A DNA stretch of 18,550 nucleotides from Chthoniobacteraceae bacterium. GTDB taxonomy: Bacteria; Verrucomicrobiota; Verrucomicrobiia; Chthoniobacterales; Chthoniobacteraceae. Both the position numbers and the translations under genes were made by a program. The notes beneath the pieces were generated by a model that saw nothing but the letters and a program-made list of their open reading frames with translations, searched no databases and was not told the origin of the DNA. Numbering within the stretch: the first letter of the stretch is position 1; each line of letters begins with the position of its first letter. Shown one piece after another: positions 9,681-17,423 of this stretch. The DNA lies in assembly GCA_040081625.1 (NCBI GenBank), contig JBEBGD010000111.1:1-18550 (forward strand), written 5' to 3'.

Positions 9681-10862
9681 CTAGTGCGCCTCCGCCTTGG
9701 GCTGCGGCTTGGCCGCGGGCGCGGCGGGTTCGTCGTCCGCCTTCGGCTTGCGCCGCATCGCCACGATGAGCAGCACGAGCAGCAGGCCATTGCCCGCAAA
9801 CGAAAAGATCGTGAGCATCCCCACGCCCTTGCCGTGTTCGTGCCCTTCTTCCCCGCCCTGGCCTTTCGCGGCCTTTTGCGCGTCGGTGAGTTCTCCGCCG
9901 TCCGCGGCGTGCTCGTGCCCGTGTGCCGCGTCGAGCGCTTCTTTCAAGGACAGGCTGCCCTTGCCCGCGAAAGCCAGCGAGTAAGCGCCGCGCGTCACCA
10001 CCTTATCGCCCGGCAGCAGGCCGCTGACGATTTCCACAAAGCGATCGTTCTGCGCACCGACCACGACCGGCGTCTTCACAAAGGCGTTTTTGAGGTCGAA
10101 GTCCTCGACATAGACGAAGCGGTTGAGCGCGTCGCCTTGCAGCGCCGCGCGCGGCACCGTGACCACGCCCTCGCGTTTCCCGAGCACGATGGAAAACTCC
10201 GCGCGCATATCCGGGCGCAACGTCAGGCTCGGATTCGGCAGGCGGAAGACTGCATCGAGCGTGCCGCTTTCCTTGTCCGCCGCTGTGCCGAAGCGCAGCA
10301 GCGTGCCATCGAACTTTTCGTCGGGCAGCGCGGAGACGCGAATGTGCGCGACGGCTCCCGCCTTCAGCTTCCCGGCGAGATGTTCCGGCACACGCGCCAC
10401 GGCAAAAACTTCGCCGAGGTCGGTGATTTCCAGCAACGCCTTGTCCGGTTCGACCGGCTCGCCCAGCCGCGACTCGCTGGCGGACACCAGCCCGCTGAGC
10501 GGCGCTTTCAGCATCACGCTTGGCGGCGGATCGCCCGGCTGGCGGCTCTCGATCTTCACCACGTCCGCCCCGATCTCCACGAGGTCGCCGATGCTCGCCT
10601 TGATCTCGATCACGCGCCCGGAGATGCGGCTCGAAACGACCGCGCGCTTTGCCGGGATGGCCTCGATGCGTCCGAGGGAGAAGATCGTTTCCTCAAAGTC
10701 CGTCTCCTCCGTCTCGACGGTTTCGATCTTGAGATTCTTCACGCCGTTCTCATCGAGGACGACGGTGTTCGCCGCGCGTTGCGGGTCGGCTTTTTCCGCG
10801 CCGAAAGCGACCGCCATGAGCGCGAGCGTGGGCAGCAAAGTGAGAGTGAGTTTTTTCAGCAT
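9681..10862 (-). CDS. RND periplasmic adaptor (CzcB/CusB-like MFP) without alpha-hairpin, with His-rich linker and C-terminal TM helix, ~393 aa
   Basis: Signal peptide MLKKLTLTLLPTLALMAVAFG; lipoyl halves SSRISGRV...GDLV and LKAPLSGLV; LRPDM, VPRAAL, VEIVSGLLPGDKVVTRG. Tail HGHEH...GHEH followed by MLTIFSFAGNGLLLVLLIVAM-RRK. ATG at 10862. Confidence 0.9.
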   Translation of the reverse strand: MLKKLTLTLLPTLALMAVAFGAEKADPQRAANTVVLDENGVKNLKIETVETEETDFEETIFSLGRIEAIPAKRAVVSSRISGRVIEIKASIGDLVEIGADVVKIESRQPGDPPPSVMLKAPLSGLVSASESRLGEPVEPDKALLEITDLGEVFAVARVPEHLAGKLKAGAVAHIRVSALPDEKFDGTLLRFGTAADKESGTLDAVFRLPNPSLTLRPDMRAEFSIVLGKREGVVTVPRAALQGDALNRFVYVEDFDLKNAFVKTPVVVGAQNDRFVEIVSGLLPGDKVVTRGAYSLAFAGKGSLSLKEALDAAHGHEHAADGGELTDAQKAAKGQGGEEGHEHGKGVGMLTIFSFAGNGLLLVLLIVAMRRKPKADDEPAAPAAKPQPKAEAH

Positions 10863-10879
10863 AGGGTTTGGGATGAGTT

Positions 10880-11233
10880 TCAAAGATTGATGCCGGCGGT
10901 CTTCAGCAGCCGGGCGGTGACGAGGTAGAGGGCGAACGTGAGCAGCGCGCCCGCGCCGAGGGCGGGCCAGAAATGCCACCCGCGCCGCAGCAGCCACGGC
11001 ACCGCGAGGAACATGGGCAGCGTCGGCAGGACGAACCAGAACGTGCCCGTCATGTGCCGCGCGATGAGCGCGGTGTCGCGCGTGCCGGTGTAGAGCCAGA
11101 TGAGCGCGAGGAGCGAGATGAGCGGCAGCGAGTGGACGATGGCCGCGACGTAATTATTGCGCCGCGCGAGTTCGCCGATGCCGACGACCAGCGCGCCGGA
11201 GAGCAGGGCCTTGATGACGAGTTGCGCAGTCAT
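10880..11233 (-). CDS. Small multi-TM membrane protein, DUF3147-like, 117 aa
   Basis: MTAQLVIKALLSGALVVGIGELARR...SLPLISLLALIWLY...GTFWFVLPTLPMF pattern. ATG at 11233 overlaps the czcC stop (ATGA). Confidence 0.85.
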   Translation of the reverse strand: MTAQLVIKALLSGALVVGIGELARRNNYVAAIVHSLPLISLLALIWLYTGTRDTALIARHMTGTFWFVLPTLPMFLAVPWLLRRGWHFWPALGAGALLTFALYLVTARLLKTAGINL

Positions 11234-12462
11234 TTCGTGGAGCGGGGTTTGCCGACGGCAGCTTCGTGCCGCACGCGGGCGAGGTGGTAGTCGCGCAACG
11301 CCGCGAGGCGCTGGAGCTCCAGGGCGAGCCGGCGGTCGCGGGCGCGGAGCACTTCTTGCAGCGGTGTCTGGCCAGTCGCGTAGGCGGCGCGGAGTTGCTC
11401 TTCGACTTGCGACGCCTTCGGCAAGACCTCGCTGTCGAGCGATGCGACGACTTTCGCCAGCGCGGCCATGGCTTCGCGCGCGGCGGCCGCTTCCGCGCCG
11501 ATCGTGAGCGCGAGGGCTTCGGTTTCTTTTTCGGCCCGTGCCGCTGCCGCCGTGGCTTCCTGGATGCGGCCCGCGTTGCTGTTCCAGAGCGGAAGCGGAA
11601 GGCTGAAGCGCAAGCCGACGAACGTGTCGCGCTCGAACCCTTCGGGTGCATCCTCGGATCGCTCTTCCGTCACATTGAAGCCGACGGCGAGGTCCTCCCA
11701 TTTCTGCGCGCGAGCCAATGATGCGCCCTGCCGCGCGGCTTCCGCCGTCATCTGCGCCGCCTCGAAATCCGGCCGCGCCGCCGGGTTCGCACCGCGCGCC
11801 GGCAAGCTTCTGATTGGCGGCAGCCCGCCGGCGATCATCGGATCGTCGCTCGCGGTCATGCCGAGCATCGGTCGCAGCTCGCCGATGAGCGCCGCCCGCT
11901 CGACTTCGAGTTGCAGCACCTCGGTGTGAAGCTGCAGAACTTCGAGATCCACGAGCGAAGCATCGACCACCGAAGCTTCGCCGCTCTCAGCCCGCTTGCG
12001 GGTGAACCCCGCCAGGTCGCGGCTGTTGATGAACTGCTTGGTGCGCAGCGCCTGCTGCCCGTCGATCGTCAGCAACCTCACCACCGCAGTGCGCACTTCT
12101 GCGACGAGCTTGCGTTCCGCGTCGCGCACCTCCGCTTCCGCCGCCGCCAGCTCCGCGCGCGACACCGCCTTCTCCAGCCTCAGCCGAGCGGTGAGCGGGA
12201 ACTTCTGCATCAGCGCGACGCCCACCGCGCCTTCCGGCGCGCGGATGTTCCGATTCAGCTCCAGCTCTACTTCAGGATTCGAGAGCCTCCCAGCTTGATG
12301 CAACCGCCCGCGCGCTTCGTCAATGCGAAGCCGGGCTGCGGCGAGTGTGGGGTTGTGCTTTAGCGCGTAGTCGGCTGCTCCCTCGACACTGAGCGTGACG
12401 CTACCGGCCCACGCGGAGGCCGCGGAGACGAAGAAAAGTAGAATGAATGGATGAAAAGACAT
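11230..12462 (-). CDS. czcC: Outer-membrane efflux factor, TolC/CzcC family, ~410 aa
   Basis: Signal peptide MSFHPFILLFFVSAASAWA; ALKHNPTLAAAR, AGRLSNPEVE, LPLPLWNSNAGRI, AYATGQTPLQEVLRAR. Upstream of adaptor and RND genes. Confidence 0.9.
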   Translation of the reverse strand: MSFHPFILLFFVSAASAWAGSVTLSVEGAADYALKHNPTLAAARLRIDEARGRLHQAGRLSNPEVELELNRNIRAPEGAVGVALMQKFPLTARLRLEKAVSRAELAAAEAEVRDAERKLVAEVRTAVVRLLTIDGQQALRTKQFINSRDLAGFTRKRAESGEASVVDASLVDLEVLQLHTEVLQLEVERAALIGELRPMLGMTASDDPMIAGGLPPIRSLPARGANPAARPDFEAAQMTAEAARQGASLARAQKWEDLAVGFNVTEERSEDAPEGFERDTFVGLRFSLPLPLWNSNAGRIQEATAAAARAEKETEALALTIGAEAAAAREAMAALAKVVASLDSEVLPKASQVEEQLRAAYATGQTPLQEVLRARDRRLALELQRLAALRDYHLARVRHEAAVGKPRSTK

Positions 12463-12536
12463 GAGTGCATGGGTTGGATGACGTGACGGAAGGACGCGCG
12501 CAGACGCGACAATGCGCCGGGCGCGGACGGACGACC

Positions 12537-12558
12537 GGTGACGGCGAGCGCCGTCACC
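12537..12558 (-). promoter_or_regulatory. GC-rich hairpin between the leader-like ORF and czcC
   Basis: GGTGACGGCG (12537-12546) and CGCCGTCACC (12549-12558) form a perfect inverted repeat 9 nt after the stop at 12568; no U-tract follows. Confidence 0.5.
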
Positions 12559-12567
12559 AAACCACAC

Positions 12568-13005
12568 TCAGATCAGCAGAACGATCGTGCGAGCCACCGT
12601 CACTCCGAACGGCGGCGACTCCCCAAAGTCCACGGAATAGCTGGCCGAAACTTTCGCATCCCGACTGGCGAAAAGCACCTCCACCATCGGCAGGATGGCG
12701 AGCAGCACTTGCGGCGCGATGACCTGCGCCGCCGCTTCCACCGGGCGCAACTGCACGTCCTGATTGACCACCTGATGATCCTCGCGCTCGCCCGCACCTT
12801 CTTCGCTATGCGGCGCTCCAGTCTGCGCATCATCGGTGTGGCATTTCTCTCCGTGCGGACCGTGGCAGTGCGAAGTCTGCGTCGGCACTGGCTTGTCCCC
12901 ACACAGGCAGTAGTAACCCACCTTGCTGCCAAACGTCTGCGCCACGAACAGTGCAAGCACGCACAGGACGATGGCAAAGATGTGGCTATTGGAACGCGGT
13001 TTCAA
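12568..13005 (-). CDS. Cys/His-rich exported small protein with C-terminal PP motif (CzcI/CruR/CutF-like leader candidate), 145 aa
   Basis: N-terminal hydrophobic segment, then YYCLCG, SHCHGPHGEKCH and EDH, ending ESPPFGVTVARTIVLLI. TTG start is uncertain. Directly precedes czcC. Confidence 0.72.
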   Translation of the reverse strand: MKPRSNSHIFAIVLCVLALFVAQTFGSKVGYYCLCGDKPVPTQTSHCHGPHGEKCHTDDAQTGAPHSEEGAGEREDHQVVNQDVQLRPVEAAAQVIAPQVLLAILPMVEVLFASRDAKVSASYSVDFGESPPFGVTVARTIVLLI

Positions 13006-13050
13006 TCGGCGCTTAGATGCAGCGGTTATCGTTTTCGTTCAAGCAATGAT

Positions 13051-13093
13051 TGGCCCGTGCCCGGAACGGATCGAACGCACCGGACACGGCCCA
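13051..13093 (-). terminator. Stem-loop downstream of Cys-motif protein A
   Basis: On the minus strand, TGGG-CCGTGTCCGG ... CCGGGCACGG-GCCA forms a 10-bp core (one G-U pair) plus an extension, starting 7 nt after the stop at 13101; weak U-tract. Confidence 0.45.
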
Positions 13094-13100
13094 TACGACC

Positions 13101-13535
13101 TTACTCGTCGCAGGTGCAGGCGTATTCGGGATGCGAGCAGCCCTTGCAGATGTGCGTTTCGAGTTTGATGCGGAAGTTCTTCGCCTTCGCATCGGCGCTC
13201 GTCTTCGCCTGCACGACGACCTGGTAGCCTTCCCCCGCGGGGAGCGGAGTTTTCGAGACGAGCAGGTCGCCCTTCTTCTCAAACTCCAGCTTCGTCTTCG
13301 CGCCCGGCGCTTCGGCGGTGACGGCGAAGACCTGTGCGGCGACGGGCTGTTTCTTTCCCGCGGCATCGTAGAAGGCGATGCTGACGGTGCGGTCCTTCTC
13401 GACGAAGAACTCGGCGTTCTGGCCTTCGAGTTCGAGGATGCGGCCGTGGCGCGGGCCGGCTTTGACTTTCGCATCCGCCAGCGCGGGCGCGACGGCGAGG
13501 GCGAGGACGGTGAGGATGTGGAGCAGTGTTTTCAT
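13101..13535 (-). CDS. Exported hypothetical protein with C-terminal CxxCxxxEYACxC motif (paralog A), 144 aa
   Basis: Signal peptide MKTLLHILTVLALAVAPALA, then AGPRHG, ending HICKGCSHPEYACTCDE. ATGA-coupled to the czcA stop. Confidence 0.88.
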   Translation of the reverse strand: MKTLLHILTVLALAVAPALADAKVKAGPRHGRILELEGQNAEFFVEKDRTVSIAFYDAAGKKQPVAAQVFAVTAEAPGAKTKLEFEKKGDLLVSKTPLPAGEGYQVVVQAKTSADAKAKNFRIKLETHICKGCSHPEYACTCDE

Positions 13536-16500
13536 GTGGTGACGAGTTCCGGCGCGGGTGTTTCGGTTTGGTTTGTTGTTTTGGTTTTCCGCTCAAGCCA
13601 CTCGTAGAGCACCGGGACGACGAGCAGCGTGAGGAAAGTGGAGGTGAGGATTCCGCCGATGACGACGGTCGCGAGTGGGCGCTGGACTTCCGCGCCTGCG
13701 CCGGTCGCGATGGCCATCGGGACAAAGCCGAGCGACGCCACGAGCGCGGTCATCAGCTTGGGCCGCAGGCGCGTGAGCGTGCCTTCGACGACGGCCTCGC
13801 GCAGCGCGCTGCCCTGCTCGCGGAGCTGGTTGATGAAGCTGATGAGCATGATGCCGTTGAGCACCGCGATGCCGCTCAGCGCGATGAAGCCGACCGCCGC
13901 GGAGATCGTGAACGGCAGCCCGCGCAGCCACAGCGCGAAGATGCCGCCGGTGGCCGCGAGCGGCACGCACACGAAGATGAGCGCCGCCTGCCGCAGCGAG
14001 CCGAAGCTGAGGAAAATCAGCACGAAGATGAGCGCGAGCGCGAGCGGCACGACGATGGCGAGCCGCTGTTTCGCCTCGACGAGATTTTGAAACTGCCCGC
14101 CAAACTCGAAGTAGTAACCGTCGGGAAATTTCACCTTCTCGCGCAGCGCCCGCGTGGCCTCGGCGACAAAGCTGGCGGTATCGCGCCCGCGCACATTGAT
14201 GAGGATGCTCACCCGGCGCTGCGTGTCCTCGCGGGCGATTTGCACGGGCTGATCCACGAGAATCACCTTCGCGACCTGACCCAGCGCGAGCAACCCGCCC
14301 TCCTCGGTGCGCAGCGGCAGGCGCTCCATCGCGGCGATGTCATTGCGCCGCTCCTCCGCGAGCCGGACGACGATGGGCGTGCGACGATTTCCCTCGATGA
14401 GGGTGCCAACTTCTTTCCCCGCGAGCGCGGTTTCCACGAGGCGGTTGAGATCGTCGGCGTGGACGTTGAATTTCCGCAGCGCGTCGCGGTCGGGCTGGAT
14501 TTCCACCATCGGGTTCTTGCCGATGCTATCGAACTCCGTCTCGCCGCCGCCAGGGATGCGGGTGAGCACCTCGCGCACTTCGCCCGCGAGCCTCTCCATC
14601 TCGTCGTAGGTGTCGCCGAAAATTTTGCACACGAGGTCCGCCTTCGCGCCGGCCATGATTTCGTTGAAGCGCAATTGAATGGGCTGCGTGACGAGCACGT
14701 TCTGCCCCGGCACCTGGTCGAGCAGCGCCTTGCGCATGAGCGCGCCGAGTTCGTCCTTCGTCACGCCGCGGCGCCACTGCTCGCGCGGCTTCAGCATGAT
14801 GTAGGTGTCGCTCACGTTCGGGTTCATCGGGTCGGTCGCGACTTCCGCGGTGCCGATGCGCGAGAAGACTTCCTTCACTTCCGGGAACTCCCGCCGCAGC
14901 ACGGACTCACTCTGCTTTTGCAAATCGAGCGAGGAAGTCAGCCCCGCACTGCTGCTGCGGATGAGCTGAAAGGCGAAGTCTCCCTCGTCGAGTTGTGGAA
15001 TGAATTCCGAGCCGAGCCGCGTGAAGACCACGAGCGAAAGCGCGAACAGCGCGAACATCGGCGCGACCACGAGCCAGCGGAAGCGCAGGCCGAATTCGAG
15101 CAGCGGGGTGTAGATGCGCTTGGTGAGCGCGACGAGCCAGTTGTCGTGCTCGCGGATTTCGCCGCCGAGCAGGAAGGAGCACAGCACCGGCATGAGCGTG
15201 AGCGCGAGGACGAGCGAGCCGCCGAGCGCGAGCATCACAACCACCGCCATCGGCTTGAACATTTTCCCCTCGATGCCCTGGAGCGCGAGGATCGGCAGAT
15301 AGACGACGGTGATGATGAGCACGCCGAAGAACATCGGGTTCGCCACTTCTTTCGCGGAGCGCAGCACTTCCTTCGCGCGCTCGGCGGCGGTGAGGCGGCG
15401 GCGCAACGCGCGCTGCCGCTCGCCGAGATGCCGCACGATGTTTTCCACCATCACCACCGCGCCGTCGATGATGAGGCCGAAATCAATCGCGCCGAGGCTC
15501 ATCAAATTCCCGCTCAGCCGCCACTCGACCATGCCGGTCATCGCAAAGAGCATCGCCAGCGGGATGACGAGCGCGACGATGAGCGCCGCGCGCCAGTTGC
15601 CGAGCAGCGCGAAGAGCACCACGACGACGAGCAGCGCACCCTCGGCGAGATTCGTCTCCACGGTGCGGATCGTTCGGTTCACCAACTCGCTCCGGTCGTA
15701 GAGAGCGCGGATGGCGATGCCCGCCGGAAGTTTCTCCTGCACTTGCGCGAGCTTCTTGCGGACGGCCCGCGCGACTAGGCGCGAGTTTTCGCCTGCGAGC
15801 ATGATCGCCGCGCCGACGAGCGCTTCCTCAGCGTTGTCGGTGCTCGCGCCGGTGCGGAAGTTTGCGCCGATGCCAACGGTGGCGACTTCGCCGAGCAGGA
15901 TCGGTTTCACGCCGCCCGCGAATTTCAGCGGCAGCTTCGCGATTTCGTCCGTCGTCGTCACGCGGCTCGCGGCGCGGACGATAAGTTGTTCGCCGCCGAC
16001 TTCCACGTAGCCGCCGCCCGCGTTGCGCGTGTTCTGCTCGACGATCTCCGCAAGCGTATCGAGCGAGAGGCCAGCCGCTGCGAGCCGCGCCGCGTCGGGC
16101 TGGATGACGATTTGCTTTTCGTAACCGCCACTCGTGTTCACCTCCGCGACGCCCGCGGTGCCGCGCAGCAGCGGCTTCACGTTGTATTCCTGAATCTGCC
16201 GCAGCGCCATGAGTTGCTCCTCGCGCGTCGCGGGCTTGCTCTTCGCGTCGGCGGTGTAATCGAGCGCGTAGTAAAAAATTTCGCCCAGCCCGGTGGCGAT
16301 GGGCGCGAGCTTCGGCGTGAGGCCGGGCGGCAATTCGTCGAGCACGCCTTGCAACCGCTCGGTGACGAGCTGGCGGAGCAGGTAGAGGTTCACGCCGTCT
16401 TTGAAGGTCATCGTGACCTGCGACAGCCCGAACTTCGATAGCGACCGCAGCTCGACCATGTCCGGTAACCCGGCCATCTCGCTCTCGATGAGAAAGGTGA

Positions 16501-16693
16501 CGAGCTTCTCCACTTCCTCCGGCGCGAGCGCAGGCACGGCGGTGTTTATTTGCACCTGCGGGTTCGTGATGTCCGGCACGGCATCGATCGGCAGCCGCAG
16601 CGCCGCCCATGCGCCGATGCCGATGAGCACAAGCGTCGCGAGCAGCACGGCGGCGCGCTGCCGCATCACGAGGTCGAGCAGGCGGTGCAGCAT
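13532..16693 (-). CDS. czcA: Heavy-metal efflux RND permease CzcA (divalent cation HME1/2 type), 1053 aa
   Basis: LPIDAVPDITNPQVQINT, RSLSKFGLSQVT, TM4 LMSLGAIDFGLIIDGAVVMVEN, GSEFIPQLDEGD, GAEVQRPLATVVIGG. Confidence 0.96.
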   Translation of the reverse strand: MLHRLLDLVMRQRAAVLLATLVLIGIGAWAALRLPIDAVPDITNPQVQINTAVPALAPEEVEKLVTFLIESEMAGLPDMVELRSLSKFGLSQVTMTFKDGVNLYLLRQLVTERLQGVLDELPPGLTPKLAPIATGLGEIFYYALDYTADAKSKPATREEQLMALRQIQEYNVKPLLRGTAGVAEVNTSGGYEKQIVIQPDAARLAAAGLSLDTLAEIVEQNTRNAGGGYVEVGGEQLIVRAASRVTTTDEIAKLPLKFAGGVKPILLGEVATVGIGANFRTGASTDNAEEALVGAAIMLAGENSRLVARAVRKKLAQVQEKLPAGIAIRALYDRSELVNRTIRTVETNLAEGALLVVVVLFALLGNWRAALIVALVIPLAMLFAMTGMVEWRLSGNLMSLGAIDFGLIIDGAVVMVENIVRHLGERQRALRRRLTAAERAKEVLRSAKEVANPMFFGVLIITVVYLPILALQGIEGKMFKPMAVVVMLALGGSLVLALTLMPVLCSFLLGGEIREHDNWLVALTKRIYTPLLEFGLRFRWLVVAPMFALFALSLVVFTRLGSEFIPQLDEGDFAFQLIRSSSAGLTSSLDLQKQSESVLRREFPEVKEVFSRIGTAEVATDPMNPNVSDTYIMLKPREQWRRGVTKDELGALMRKALLDQVPGQNVLVTQPIQLRFNEIMAGAKADLVCKIFGDTYDEMERLAGEVREVLTRIPGGGETEFDSIGKNPMVEIQPDRDALRKFNVHADDLNRLVETALAGKEVGTLIEGNRRTPIVVRLAEERRNDIAAMERLPLRTEEGGLLALGQVAKVILVDQPVQIAREDTQRRVSILINVRGRDTASFVAEATRALREKVKFPDGYYFEFGGQFQNLVEAKQRLAIVVPLALALIFVLIFLSFGSLRQAALIFVCVPLAATGGIFALWLRGLPFTISAAVGFIALSGIAVLNGIMLISFINQLREQGSALREAVVEGTLTRLRPKLMTALVASLGFVPMAIATGAGAEVQRPLATVVIGGILTSTFLTLLVVPVLYEWLERKTKTTNQTETPAPELVTT
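13572..13587 (-). repeat. 16-nt A/C-rich element AAACCAAAACAACAAA, copy 2, upstream of paralog A and inside the czcA 3' end
   Basis: Plus strand tttgttgttttggttt, identical to 6446-6461. Confidence 0.7.
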
Positions 16694-16694
16694 G

Positions 16695-17423
16695 TCAGTG
16701 CCCGCAGGTGCAGGCTTTGCCCCCGCGCAGGATTTGCAGCTCCGCGAGCCAGAGCGACATCACGGGCGACGTGACAACTTGATCGCCCGCATAAAGCCCG
16801 TCCGTGATTTCCGCGTGCTCGTCGCTCATCGCGCCGACCTTCACCGCTGTGCGCACGTAAAACTCGCCGTTCACCGCATAGACGAACGTTCCTTCCGCAG
16901 TCTTGAGCAGCGCCGGCCGCGGGATGGCGGTCACCGCTTCGCCCGCAGCGGCGCGGAAGGTGGCGAGCACGCGCTGGCCGATTTCCAACGGCGCGGCGGT
17001 TTCCACCGTCACCTCGAAATCGCCGAGCGTCTGATAAGGCGCCTTCTCCAAACGCTTCACCGTGCCGCGCGTCTGGCCGAAATCCGCGGCGCGCAACTCG
17101 ACTTCCATGCCTGGCTTCACGAGCGCCGCCTGCTCGGCGGAGAGCCAGCCGGACGCTTCATTCGCCGAGGACGAAAGCGCCACCGGCTGCAAACCGCCCG
17201 CGCCCGCCATGACGTGCAGCGCGACCGTGAAGGAGGGAGCGACTTTGGCCTCGCCGACTTCCGCGACTTGGAGCGCGAGCGCCTTCTTCATCGTGTCGGT
17301 GAGCGAAAGACCGGAGTCCTTTTTGAACTGCGCGCCGTTCTCCGGCGGTTGCTCGTGGTTGGCGGTGGGTTTGTGACAGGCCGCGAGCGACGCGGCAGTG
17401 AGGATGAGGATGAGCGTTTTCAT
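16695..17423 (-). CDS. Short lipoprotein RND adaptor-like protein (membrane-proximal and beta-barrel parts only), 242 aa, C-terminal CTCGH
   Basis: Lipobox SLAAC; C-terminal MFP motifs IPRPALL, GTFVY, VKVG, EITDGLYAGDQVVT. Lies between the TolC and czcA genes, ATGA-coupled to the TolC stop. Confidence 0.85.
   Translation of the reverse strand: MKTLILILTAASLAACHKPTANHEQPPENGAQFKKDSGLSLTDTMKKALALQVAEVGEAKVAPSFTVALHVMAGAGGLQPVALSSSANEASGWLSAEQAALVKPGMEVELRAADFGQTRGTVKRLEKAPYQTLGDFEVTVETAAPLEIGQRVLATFRAAAGEAVTAIPRPALLKTAEGTFVYAVNGEFYVRTAVKVGAMSDEHAEITDGLYAGDQVVTSPVMSLWLAELQILRGGKACTCGH

Noticed and set aside
13526..15778. 750-aa plus-strand ORF
   Set aside because: Antisense shadow of czcA.
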